Assembly (NCBI GenBank): GCA_020051015.1
Contig: JAGVJQ010000091.1
Span: forward strand, 1,881 to 65,880
From: Gammaproteobacteria bacterium
GTDB lineage: Bacteria > Pseudomonadota > Gammaproteobacteria > UBA1113
DNA length: 64,000 nt
Direction: 5' to 3'
Shown here: piece by piece, positions 1-8,110 of the stretch
Position numbering within the stretch: position 1 is the stretch's first letter
Layout: each line of letters starts with the position of its first letter
Program-made: the position numbers and the translations under genes
Notes under the pieces: generated by a model
Database searches by the model: none
What the model was told of the DNA's origin: nothing
Seen by the model: the letters and a program-made list of their open reading frames with translations, nothing else

Positions 1-330
1 GAAGTTTTCTCGATACCAACAAAACGTGTCGACTCGATACAAGTTATTTTAACTGATGTGAAAGGGAATGTTTATAAATATGACATTCCTAATGGTACAC
101 CCTCATTCACCGTTGCCGCGCCCATATATCCATATAGTGTTATGTATCATGAAGAATTAACCACACCCAATAATACACAAAAAAATTGGACCACAACCTG
201 TACAGATACCACCGGTGGGTATAATCACGAAGAATATTTATTTGAGCCTACATGGGACTATAACGTACATTTTACCCAACCGAATGGCGATGTGACACAG
301 AATCCAGAATGTTATACTTATCATTCTTAA
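1..330 (+). CDS. 3' end of an uncharacterised protein, truncated by the window start
   Basis: Frame 1 has no stop from nt 1 to the TAA at 328-330. The track ORF 58..330 only starts at an internal GTG. Thr/Asn/Tyr-rich, no motif I recognise. Confidence 0.4.
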   Translation, partial: EVFSIPTKRVDSIQVILTDVKGNVYKYDIPNGTPSFTVAAPIYPYSVMYHEELTTPNNTQKNWTTTCTDTTGGYNHEEYLFEPTWDYNVHFTQPNGDVTQNPECYTYHS

Positions 331-344
331 ATATATCTAGTAGA

Positions 345-463
345 GTAGGGTGGATTAGAGCCGCGAGGCTCGTAATCCACCGCTGCTGGATGATCAAATT
401 ATGCATATGTGGAAAAATCAACTGATGGTGGATTACGAGCCTCGCGGCTCTAATCCACCCTAC
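345..463. repeat. MITE/REP-like palindromic element with 37-bp perfect terminal inverted repeats
   Basis: 345-381 GTAGGGTGGATTAGAGCCGCGAGGCTCGTAATCCACC is the exact reverse complement of 427-463. Each arm is itself a hairpin (GGTGGATTA...TAATCCACC). It sits between two convergent stop codons. The GTAGGGTGG head is shared with the 160-bp family. Confidence 0.85.
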
Positions 464-485
464 AACGAACGAACAGAAATAATCT

Positions 486-1520
486 TTACATCTTTAACTT
501 TAACATTTCCCAGTATTGGGCATAAAGCGCAACAGTTTGATCAGATAGATCCGTTTGGAATTGTCCATGTTTTAAAATCTCATGAGATGGATAAATCATC
601 GGATTGTTACGGATCTTTTCGGGCATCAATTTTTGTGCTTCTAAATTAGGTGTCGCATAAAAGTATGCCATACTGCTTTGTAGAGCAATATCTGGGCGCA
701 TCATAAAGTTAATAAATTTAAGTGCATTTTGATAATGAGGCGCATCTTTAGGGATAGCAAAACAATCAACCCAAATTACAAAACCATCTTTGGGATAAAT
801 AAATACTAAATTAGGATTATTTAGCTGAGCTCGATATAAATCCCCATTCCATGTCATGCCCACAGTTGCATCTTCATCAGTGATAATAGATGCAGCAGCA
901 TCGCTGACAAATAATTTAATATTGGCGCGCAATTTTAATAACTGCTCGTAAGCCTGTTTAATATGCTCAGAATTATTATCATTGGCTGAATAACCTAATG
1001 ACATAAGTGTCATTGGAATCACTTCACGGACATCGTCGAGAAGCAAGATTTGATTATCAAATCTTGGTTGCCATAAATCACTCCAACGCTGAATGGTATT
1101 AGGGTCAAAAAATTTTTTATTAACAAAAATACCAGTAACACCCCATAAATTTGGCATGCTATATTTATTGCCAGGATCATAAGGTTCATTCAAAAACTCT
1201 GGATCTAGATATTTCATATTAGAAATCTTGGTTAAATCCAAGGGTTCTAACATTTGTTCTTTGCGCATGCGGTCAACATAATAACTGGATGGCTCAATCA
1301 CATCATAACCAGGATTATCAACGGCTTTTAATTTGGCATACAACGTTTCATTACTATCGTAAGTGGAAAAATTAACTTTGATTCCTGTTTCTTTTTGAAA
1401 TTGTTTAACTACAGCATCAGGAATTTCACCTGACCAAGCATAAACATTTACCATATTATCATCAGCGAAAGCATAACAAGAAAAAGTCAACAAGAGTGCT
1501 GTCAGTAAGTTTTTTATCAT
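486..1520 (-). CDS. potD: spermidine/putrescine ABC transporter, periplasmic binding protein
   Basis: 344 aa with a signal peptide (MIKNLLTALLLTFSCYAFA) and a PotD/PotF-like SBP. Last gene of a potA-B-C-D ordered operon with overlapping stop/start codons. Confidence 0.85.
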   Translation of the reverse strand: MIKNLLTALLLTFSCYAFADDNMVNVYAWSGEIPDAVVKQFQKETGIKVNFSTYDSNETLYAKLKAVDNPGYDVIEPSSYYVDRMRKEQMLEPLDLTKISNMKYLDPEFLNEPYDPGNKYSMPNLWGVTGIFVNKKFFDPNTIQRWSDLWQPRFDNQILLLDDVREVIPMTLMSLGYSANDNNSEHIKQAYEQLLKLRANIKLFVSDAAASIITDEDATVGMTWNGDLYRAQLNNPNLVFIYPKDGFVIWVDCFAIPKDAPHYQNALKFINFMMRPDIALQSSMAYFYATPNLEAQKLMPEKIRNNPMIYPSHEILKHGQFQTDLSDQTVALYAQYWEMLKLKM

Positions 1521-2296
1521 GACTCTTTCCTCGTCAATTTTTGCGATAACACAACTAATAGCAACGTCAAAATAAATGTTACGCTACAAAGCGCATTTAA
1601 TTCGGGTTTAACGCCAAGTCTTGCCATCGAATAAATCTTCAATGGTAAAATTTCAAAGCCAGGGCCAGAAACAAAATAACTAATCATGACATCATCAAAG
1701 GACAACGTGAAGCATAGTAAAATTCCAGAGATAATGGCTGGCAATAATAACGGTACCGTAATTTTAGTGAAAATCGTTAACTCACGTGCGCCAAGATCTT
1801 TTGCGGCTTCAAAGATATTCTTATCCATACCGGATATACGGCTGTACACAGTAACGACTACAAAGGGAATGCAGAAGGTAATGTGAGCCAATAATAAGCT
1901 CCAAAAGCCTAAGGGCATATTCAAAATGCTAAATAATAATAATAACGAAATACCCATGACAATATCTGGCGTTACTATTAAAATAAAAATCATGCCATTC
2001 AGCAATCCTTTTCCCATAAAGCGATAACGATAAAGACTTACGGCAGCTAATGTGCCAATAATCGTCGCAAAGGTGGCGGCTAAAACACCGATAATGAGAG
2101 AATGCAATGCCGCAATCCACAAACCACTATCACTAAATAGAGAGTGATACCAATTGGTTGTAAAACCATGCCATACCAAAGAATAACTTGAGTTATTAAA
2201 TGAATAAACAATCAGTACAGCAATCGGTAAATAAAAAAACAAATAAATCAGAGCCAGATATATGGCATCGATAGGGCGAGTTTGTGATTTTTTCAT
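1517..2296 (-). CDS. potC: spermidine/putrescine ABC transporter permease
   Basis: 259 aa, about 6 TM, EAA loop EAAKDLGARELTIFTKITVP. Overlaps potD and potB by 4 nt. Confidence 0.85.
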   Translation of the reverse strand: MKKSQTRPIDAIYLALIYLFFYLPIAVLIVYSFNNSSYSLVWHGFTTNWYHSLFSDSGLWIAALHSLIIGVLAATFATIIGTLAAVSLYRYRFMGKGLLNGMIFILIVTPDIVMGISLLLLFSILNMPLGFWSLLLAHITFCIPFVVVTVYSRISGMDKNIFEAAKDLGARELTIFTKITVPLLLPAIISGILLCFTLSFDDVMISYFVSGPGFEILPLKIYSMARLGVKPELNALCSVTFILTLLLVVLSQKLTRKES

Positions 2297-3147
2297 AGAA
2301 AATCTTCCCCCGAACGATTTTTAGATGATAACCAATGAGCAACTAACATGATGCCCATCACTGCAGTTAATGTTACGCTGATGGCTGAACCTAAAGGCCA
2401 ATTGTGGGTAAGTAAAAATTGATTTTCAATTAAGTTACCCAGTAGCAAAGCCTTTGCCCCACCTAATAAATCAGGAATATAGAATAATGTCATGGCAGGT
2501 AAAAATACTAAAATAGAACCAGCCAAAATACCGGGCAATGATAAAGGTAAAATTACCTTAGTAAATGTTCGCACTTTACCCGCACCTAAATCACGCGCCG
2601 CCTCAATGAGTCGATTATCAAATTTTTCTAAATTGGCATATAACGGCAAAATCATAAACGGTAATAAGTTATAGACTAAGCCAATCATGACGGCAGTATT
2701 AGTAAATAAAAGTTGTAAGGGGTGATGAATGATCCCTAAATGGATTAAAAAATTGTTTAATACCCCTTTTGTTTTAAGAATTGCCACCATTGCATAGCTG
2801 CGAATAAGTGAACTTGTCCAAAATGGGATGATAAGCAGTAATAATAACAAATCTTTCCAACGGCTAGTCTTGCGCGCCAAAATATAAGCAAAAGGATAAC
2901 CAAGCAAGATACAAAACAAAGTACAAGCACCAGCAATATAAAATGACTTAAAAAAAACAATCACATATAAACTACTGAACAATGTCGTATAGTTGCTAAG
3001 CGTAAAATGGAAATTAAATATTTTGTTACTATCGGGTTGCATGAAGCTGGCGAACAAAACCAGCAAAAATGCAAATAATGCAAAAATGCCTAACCAGGTT
3101 GAAATGATTGCGACTGAAAAATTACGAAAGTTGTTATCACCCTTCAT
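2293..3147 (-). CDS. potB: spermidine/putrescine ABC transporter permease
   Basis: 284 aa polytopic protein with EAA loop EAARDLGAGKVRTFTKVILP. Operon context. Confidence 0.85.
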   Translation of the reverse strand: MKGDNNFRNFSVAIISTWLGIFALFAFLLVLFASFMQPDSNKIFNFHFTLSNYTTLFSSLYVIVFFKSFYIAGACTLFCILLGYPFAYILARKTSRWKDLLLLLLIIPFWTSSLIRSYAMVAILKTKGVLNNFLIHLGIIHHPLQLLFTNTAVMIGLVYNLLPFMILPLYANLEKFDNRLIEAARDLGAGKVRTFTKVILPLSLPGILAGSILVFLPAMTLFYIPDLLGGAKALLLGNLIENQFLLTHNWPLGSAISVTLTAVMGIMLVAHWLSSKNRSGEDFL

Positions 3148-4234
3148 GTGGTAGTATCACCTCCCAACCGTTAACCCAGTGTAACCAAACTTTTTCACCC
3201 AGTGTGTAAACCAGGCTATCATCGTCTTCATCAAAAAACTCAGTGGTAGCCAAGACTTTGCCACTATCAAGACGAACCATTAAATCTACTGTGGTTCCTT
3301 TATAGGTGAAGTCTTCGACAATGCCACGATACATATTAGACGTATCAGTGACTTCGTTTGAATCGTAGACTCGAACATCTTCAGGGCGGACAAGGACAAG
3401 AGCTTTGTCGCCAACAGAGAAATTATGTTTATTGGGATAGGTGTGCGGCATACCTTCAATATTAACGGTAATTTTACCATCCGTTATCGATGAAACATTA
3501 GTTTCAAAAATATTAACTTCGCCAATGAATTTGGCTACGCTGAGGCAAGCTGGTTCTTCATACACCTGACGAGGGGTTCCGATTTGAGTAATGACCCCTT
3601 CACTCATGACAACCACACGATCAGACATAGATAATGCTTCTTCTTGATCATGAGTTACAAATATAAAGGTAATTCCTAGCTTGCGTTGTAGTTGACGCAA
3701 CTCCATTTGCATGGTCTTGCGTAAACGATAATCTAACGAACTTAATGGTTCATCCAGTAATAAGACTAATGGTCGATTTACTACAGCACGAGCAATAGCA
3801 ACACGCTGTTGTTGGCCGCCACTTAGCTGTGCAGGTTTGCGATTGCCAAAATTTTCTAATTTAACCATGCGTAGTGCTTCTTCCACACGTGGTTTGACTT
3901 CATTTTCAGGAATACCATTACAACGTAAACCAAACGCCACATTATCCGAAACAGTCATATGAGGAAATAAAGCATAGCTTTGAAAAACGGTATGAACATG
4001 ACGTTCATGGGGCGGCAATCCTTTTGCATTTTTGCCATCAATATAAATATCGCCATTAGTCGGTTCTTCAAAGCCAGATATCATACGCAAAAGGGTGGTT
4101 TTACCACAACCAGACGGCCCTAATAATGTCAGAAACTCACCGTGTTTGATGGTAAGATCAATACATTTTAATACATCTTGGTCGTTAAAAGACTTAGATA
4201 CGCCTTTTATTTCTACGACGGTTTTATCTGACAT
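3137..4234 (-). CDS. potA: spermidine/putrescine ABC transporter ATPase
   Basis: Walker A GPSGCGKTT, signature LSGGQQQR, Walker B LLLLDEP, plus the C-terminal regulatory domain typical of PotA/MalK. Confidence 0.9.
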   Translation of the reverse strand: MSDKTVVEIKGVSKSFNDQDVLKCIDLTIKHGEFLTLLGPSGCGKTTLLRMISGFEEPTNGDIYIDGKNAKGLPPHERHVHTVFQSYALFPHMTVSDNVAFGLRCNGIPENEVKPRVEEALRMVKLENFGNRKPAQLSGGQQQRVAIARAVVNRPLVLLLDEPLSSLDYRLRKTMQMELRQLQRKLGITFIFVTHDQEEALSMSDRVVVMSEGVITQIGTPRQVYEEPACLSVAKFIGEVNIFETNVSSITDGKITVNIEGMPHTYPNKHNFSVGDKALVLVRPEDVRVYDSNEVTDTSNMYRGIVEDFTYKGTTVDLMVRLDSGKVLATTEFFDEDDDSLVYTLGEKVWLHWVNGWEVILPHEG

Positions 4235-4320
4235 AGGCTAACCCCTGAACATAGCTCTGCAAAAGCGCAAAAGTAGAATATTTAGGGGGTCACGTCAAGC
4301 ATTTTTTTCAAGAACAGACC

Positions 4321-5298
4321 TTAATCGATGTAAATGCCTTTGTCTTTCAACCAAGCAGCGTTATACATCTTGGATAAATACTTGTTCCCCGTATCGCAAA
4401 CAAAGGTTACCACGCGTTTAGGCGTCGTTTGTTCGCGGCAATATTTAAGGGCCCCAGCTAGTAACGTGCCGGTTGAAGAACCACCTAAAATGCCTTCAAG
4501 ACGCAATAAATCGTAGGCAGCCTGAAAAGCTTCTTGATCAGAAACATAATAACCTTTGCTAGCAAGGCTAATATCGCAAATACTGGGTACGAAGTCTTCG
4601 CCTATGCCTTCGACGAGCCATGAACCTACTTCCGTATGTTTACCTGTATTAATTAACTCTGCAATAATAGAGCCTTTAGGATCGGCAACAATAATTTCCG
4701 TGCTAGGAGATGTTTTTTTGAAGTAACGGCCTATGCCGCTCAAGGTGCCACCTGATCCAACACCACAGACAATCGCATCCACTTTATGGTTCATTTGTTC
4801 CCAAATCTCTGGAGCGGTCGATTGTTCATGAGCTAATGGATTTGAGGGATTATTGAATTGATCAATATAAAAAGCATTATCCATCGTTTCGGCCAAACGT
4901 TTAGCCATATCTTGATAGTATTCTGGATGGCCTTTGGTGACATCAGAACGGGTCATGATGACTTCGGCACCTAAAGCACGCAAATGAGCTATTTTCTCAG
5001 GACTCATTTTATCAGGCATAACAATCTTTAGATTGTAGCCTTTAAGTCGGGCTACCAATCCTAATGCAATACCAGTATTGCCGGCAGTTGCCTCAACAAT
5101 AGTGCCACCTGGTTTTAATTGTCCAGTTTTTTCAGCAGCTTCAATCATTGATAAAGCAATTCGATCTTTAATTGAACCACCAGGATTTTGATTTTCCAGT
5201 TTGACAAATAATTTACATTTTCCGGTATCAAGTTGGGTAAGTTCAAATAAGGGTGTATTACCAATCATAGAGAGGGTATTTTGAAAAACGGATTGCAT
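4321..5298 (-). CDS. PLP-dependent cysteine synthase / cystathionine beta-synthase family enzyme
   Basis: 325 aa. PLP-Lys motif NPGGSIKDR, plus GNTG and GVGSGGT loops of fold-type II PLP enzymes. No CBS domains. Confidence 0.8.
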   Translation of the reverse strand: MQSVFQNTLSMIGNTPLFELTQLDTGKCKLFVKLENQNPGGSIKDRIALSMIEAAEKTGQLKPGGTIVEATAGNTGIALGLVARLKGYNLKIVMPDKMSPEKIAHLRALGAEVIMTRSDVTKGHPEYYQDMAKRLAETMDNAFYIDQFNNPSNPLAHEQSTAPEIWEQMNHKVDAIVCGVGSGGTLSGIGRYFKKTSPSTEIIVADPKGSIIAELINTGKHTEVGSWLVEGIGEDFVPSICDISLASKGYYVSDQEAFQAAYDLLRLEGILGGSSTGTLLAGALKYCREQTTPKRVVTFVCDTGNKYLSKMYNAAWLKDKGIYID

Positions 5299-5314
5299 TT
5301 TTTCTTCCTAATAT

Positions 5315-5815
5315 TTAAAGCTTGGCTACAAATCGCCACGGCAACTCAGTTGCGACCGAAATGCCAATGCGTGGAGTAACTGATATTTCAAATTGATTGA
5401 CAGTATCCAATATAAATAATTCGCTTGAGTTTATCATATCAATAGCATTATGTCGTTTATCAATTTGCAAATAACGACATAATTTGCCAGGACCATTTTG
5501 ATGGGTGTCATCAATAAGTAAGCCACGAATTAATACCGCAGCAGCAAATCCTTCCGGCTCGGTGACAATATTCAAGCAATGGTACATACCGTAAATAAAG
5601 TAAACATAAGAAACACCGGGTTGACCAAACATGACTTCAGTCCGCGGCGTTTTACCACGCGAAGCATGGCATGCAGCATCATCAATCGACCTATATGCTT
5701 CAGTTTCAGTGATGATGCCATGTTTTATACCATAGACTAAAGTTTTGCCGATTAAATCTTTAGCTACATCGATAGTATTACGATTAAAGAAGTCACGACT
5801 CAGCCGGTTTGACAT
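5315..5815 (-). CDS. mpg: DNA-3-methyladenine glycosylase (AAG/Mpg family)
   Basis: 166 aa. ITETEAY...MFGQPGVSYVYFIYGMYHCLNIV matches the Mpg/AAG core. Confidence 0.8.
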   Translation of the reverse strand: MSNRLSRDFFNRNTIDVAKDLIGKTLVYGIKHGIITETEAYRSIDDAACHASRGKTPRTEVMFGQPGVSYVYFIYGMYHCLNIVTEPEGFAAAVLIRGLLIDDTHQNGPGKLCRYLQIDKRHNAIDMINSSELFILDTVNQFEISVTPRIGISVATELPWRFVAKL

Positions 5816-6335
5816 TCATATTACCTTTAGGATGATTAGCTTTATGCCACCAAATTAATAAAATAAAACCAATTGCGGGTAATAAAATATCTGTATATAA
5901 AATACTACCAGCATTACCGGGCGCTAAATTATGTTGGGAGATAATTTGGTAAATATGACCACATGCAGCACCCCACAAAAACATGGCGGGCCCTAAAATA
6001 GCACAAAAACGCGCTTCGAAGCTACGTCGCCAAGCATAAAAACCAACTAAGGCAAATCCTAAGCTGGCAAAACCTACTTCGGCTTGGAAAGGGCTTTGTG
6101 CCCATCCAATAAAATGAGCGACATAATCACCATAAAAGACATGGACAACAAAATTATATAAATATCCCACAGCAATATTAAATAAGATAAAAAAAGCTAA
6201 TATTTTTTCTATGACAAATGCATGATTAATGGACTTCGGCTTCATAATAATGGCAATAAATGCGAAGAGTAAACCAAGAATAAATGTGGTGATAGTAAAG
6301 TTGCTTAGTGCAAGCGTAAGGTACTTTTCAATCAT
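5793..6335 (-). CDS. integral membrane protein, unknown function
   Basis: 180 aa with about 5 hydrophobic helices. Its 3' end overlaps the mpg start by 23 nt. Confidence 0.6.
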   Translation of the reverse strand: MIEKYLTLALSNFTITTFILGLLFAFIAIIMKPKSINHAFVIEKILAFFILFNIAVGYLYNFVVHVFYGDYVAHFIGWAQSPFQAEVGFASLGFALVGFYAWRRSFEARFCAILGPAMFLWGAACGHIYQIISQHNLAPGNAGSILYTDILLPAIGFILLIWWHKANHPKGNMNVKPAES

Positions 6336-6344
6336 GGTATTTCC

Positions 6345-6677
6345 TTATTTAGTAAACATTTCCTGTAAAATGGCTAACATTTTATCTGCAGTTGTATTAT
6401 TAAGATGATCGATATAGGTTAGAAGGCGTGTTTGATCAATCGCACGAATTTGGTCAAGCACAATTTCGCCATCAATGCCTTTTAAAGTGATTGGTATTCT
6501 AGTGGGAAGTTGCCGTGTTTTTGATGTTATGGGCGCAATAAGATAGGTTTTCAAAAAATGAATTTCATTTGGAGAGATAATGACACAAGGACGTTTTTTT
6601 TGTATTTCTGCGCCAATGGTGGGATCTAAATTGGTCCAATATATATCAAATCGCTTTATTTTGTGGGCCATTCCCAT
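6345..6677 (-). CDS. mazF: type II toxin, MazF/PemK family endoribonuclease
   Basis: 110 aa. FDIYWTNLDPTIGAEIQKKRPCVIIS...LDQIRAIDQTRL fits the PemK/MazF pattern. Overlaps the upstream antitoxin gene by 22 nt. Confidence 0.8.
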   Translation of the reverse strand: MGMAHKIKRFDIYWTNLDPTIGAEIQKKRPCVIISPNEIHFLKTYLIAPITSKTRQLPTRIPITLKGIDGEIVLDQIRAIDQTRLLTYIDHLNNTTADKMLAILQEMFTK

Positions 6678-6904
6678 TCATCCGTATCAAATTGATTACT
6701 GACAAAATCACTGTCCGATAAATTTTCTTTAGCTGCCTGCTTAAATTGTTTTTCCCAATCGGCACGAACAGCGATTAATGGCTTAACCAATAAACCGTTT
6801 TTTGTTACAAGAAGTTCAAGCTCAGTATCATTCAAATGACATTGTTCAATGAGTGCTTTGGGGATACGGATGCCATACGAATTACCAATTTTAACTAAAT
6901 GCAT
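6656..6904 (-). CDS. mazE: type II antitoxin, MazE/AbrB (SpoVT-AbrB) family
   Basis: 82 aa. N-terminal swapped-hairpin motif VKIGNSYGIRIPKALIE and an acidic C-terminal tail. Lies upstream of, and overlaps, mazF. Confidence 0.75.
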   Translation of the reverse strand: MHLVKIGNSYGIRIPKALIEQCHLNDTELELLVTKNGLLVKPLIAVRADWEKQFKQAAKENLSDSDFVSNQFDTDEWEWPTK

Positions 6905-6927
6905 GATTAAGGACTCATCGCGTAAAT

Positions 6928-6944
6928 AATGTAATTACATTGTA
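6928..6944 (-). promoter_or_regulatory. candidate mazEF operator overlapping a -10 element
   Basis: Perfect 14-bp palindrome AATGTAATTACATT (6928-6941), 24 nt upstream of the mazE ATG. On the coding strand it overlaps TACAAT (6939-6944). Confidence 0.4.
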
Positions 6945-7089
6945 GCACCATGCGGGTGAGTTTTCAAGCATGCAAATAAGTACTATAAGAAACTAGGCGA
7001 TTATGCTATATTAAATTAATTATTCATAGCATTCTTTATGTAAAAAATTGATTTTTAAGGTTAATTTTTTATCTAGTTCGAGGTGGTTA

Positions 7090-7713
7090 ATGGCAACTTA
7101 CATTTTTGATTTCGATGGTACTCTCGCTGACAGTTTTGCCATTGCGTTTGAGATATTATTAACTCAAGCTTCTGCATTAGGCTGTAAGCAATTACATCCT
7201 AGTGATTTAGATAAAATTAAACAAATGCATGCGCGGGAATTACTTAAATATTTACATATCCCTTTTTGGAGAGTTCCTCGATTCGTCAAAAAATTACGTA
7301 AATTAGGTAAAACAAAAATAGCAGAGGTAACTATTTTTCCTGAATGGCATGAAGTACTCACACACTTAAAGAATAATAATCATACGCTAGGCATTCTAAG
7401 CAGTAATGCTCATGGTAGTGTGGAGATAGTTTTAAGAAAACATGGATTATATGAATTATTTGATTTTGTTATTTCAGGAAGATCCTTATTTGGGAAGGGG
7501 CGCTACTTAAAACGCTTAATGAAGCAATTTAATTGTATTCATGCTGAGACCTATTATATTGGCGATGAAGTGAGAGATATAGAAGCAGCTAAGGCAAATA
7601 AGATTCAGGCTATTGCCGTGGCATGGGGGTTTAATTCACCTAGCCGATTGCAGGCAGCGCAACCGACATTCATTATCCAACATCCAAGTGAGATATTAGC
7701 TCTTGCGGATTAA
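7090..7713 (+). CDS. HAD-superfamily phosphatase (phosphoglycolate phosphatase-like)
   Basis: Motif I FDFDGTLADS, motif IV YIGDEVRDIEAA. I prefer the ATG at 7090 (GAGGTGG SD 4 nt upstream) over the track TTG at 7048. Confidence 0.75.
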   Translation: MATYIFDFDGTLADSFAIAFEILLTQASALGCKQLHPSDLDKIKQMHARELLKYLHIPFWRVPRFVKKLRKLGKTKIAEVTIFPEWHEVLTHLKNNNHTLGILSSNAHGSVEIVLRKHGLYELFDFVISGRSLFGKGRYLKRLMKQFNCIHAETYYIGDEVRDIEAAKANKIQAIAVAWGFNSPSRLQAAQPTFIIQHPSEILALAD

Positions 7714-7742
7714 TATATCCATTACACACCAACTAGATCATT

Positions 7743-7778
7743 CGTAGGGGCGTATGCAATACGCCCCTACGATAGATT
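7743..7778. repeat. REP family copy (GTAG-headed hairpin)
   Basis: CGTAGGGGCGTAT-GCA-ATACGCCCCTACG is a perfect 13-bp stem, followed by the tail ATAGATT. Confidence 0.85.
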
Positions 7779-7868
7779 GGTGATGGCATTAATCGACCAT
7801 AGCGAAACTAGGGTATAGTGCTTGCTTAAAATCCCGACATTCGTTAATATACGCGCTCTTAATGATCC

Positions 7869-7959
7869 GGAGAGATGGCCGAGCGGCTGAAGGCGCACGC
7901 CTGGAAAGTGTGTATACGGCAAAACCGTATCGAGGGTTCGAATCCCTCTCTCTCCGCCA
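7869..7959 (+). tRNA. tRNA-Ser (anticodon GGA)
   Basis: Acceptor GGAGAGA/TCTCTCC, discriminator G and encoded CCA. Anticodon loop CTGGAAA, long variable arm (TATACGGCAAAACCGTAT), T-loop GGTTCGAATCC. Confidence 0.9.
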
Positions 7960-8003
7960 AATTTTGAAAAGATAGAATTCGTCGATTCATTTATAATTTT
8001 CCC

Positions 8004-8110
8004 GTTCGACAAATCGGCAGGAAGCCGATTTGCACGGGCGAAGCCCGCCCGAAGGGCGAAGGCCAGGGATGGCCTGAGTGAATCCCTCTCTCTCCGCCAA
8101 TTTTCAAAAA
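8004..8110 (+). repeat. second partial copy of the tRNA-Ser 3' end (att-like direct repeat), interrupted by a hairpin element
   Basis: GTTCGA (8004-8009) plus ATCCCTCTCTCTCCGCCAATTTTCAAAAA (8082-8110) repeats tRNA/flank 7936-7970 with 1 indel and 1 mismatch. Confidence 0.8.
8010..8081. mobile_element. four-hairpin GC-rich miniature element, copy A
   Basis: Four consecutive stems: AAATCGGC/GCCGATTT, GGGC/GCCC, GCCC/GGGC, AGGCCA/TGGCCT. Homologous to 52650-52719. Deleting it restores GTTCGA^ATCCC of the tRNA T-arm. Confidence 0.65.

Noticed and set aside
7767-8012. 81-aa ORF on the minus strand
   Set aside because: It is antisense to tRNA-Ser and the REP copy, and is not coding.
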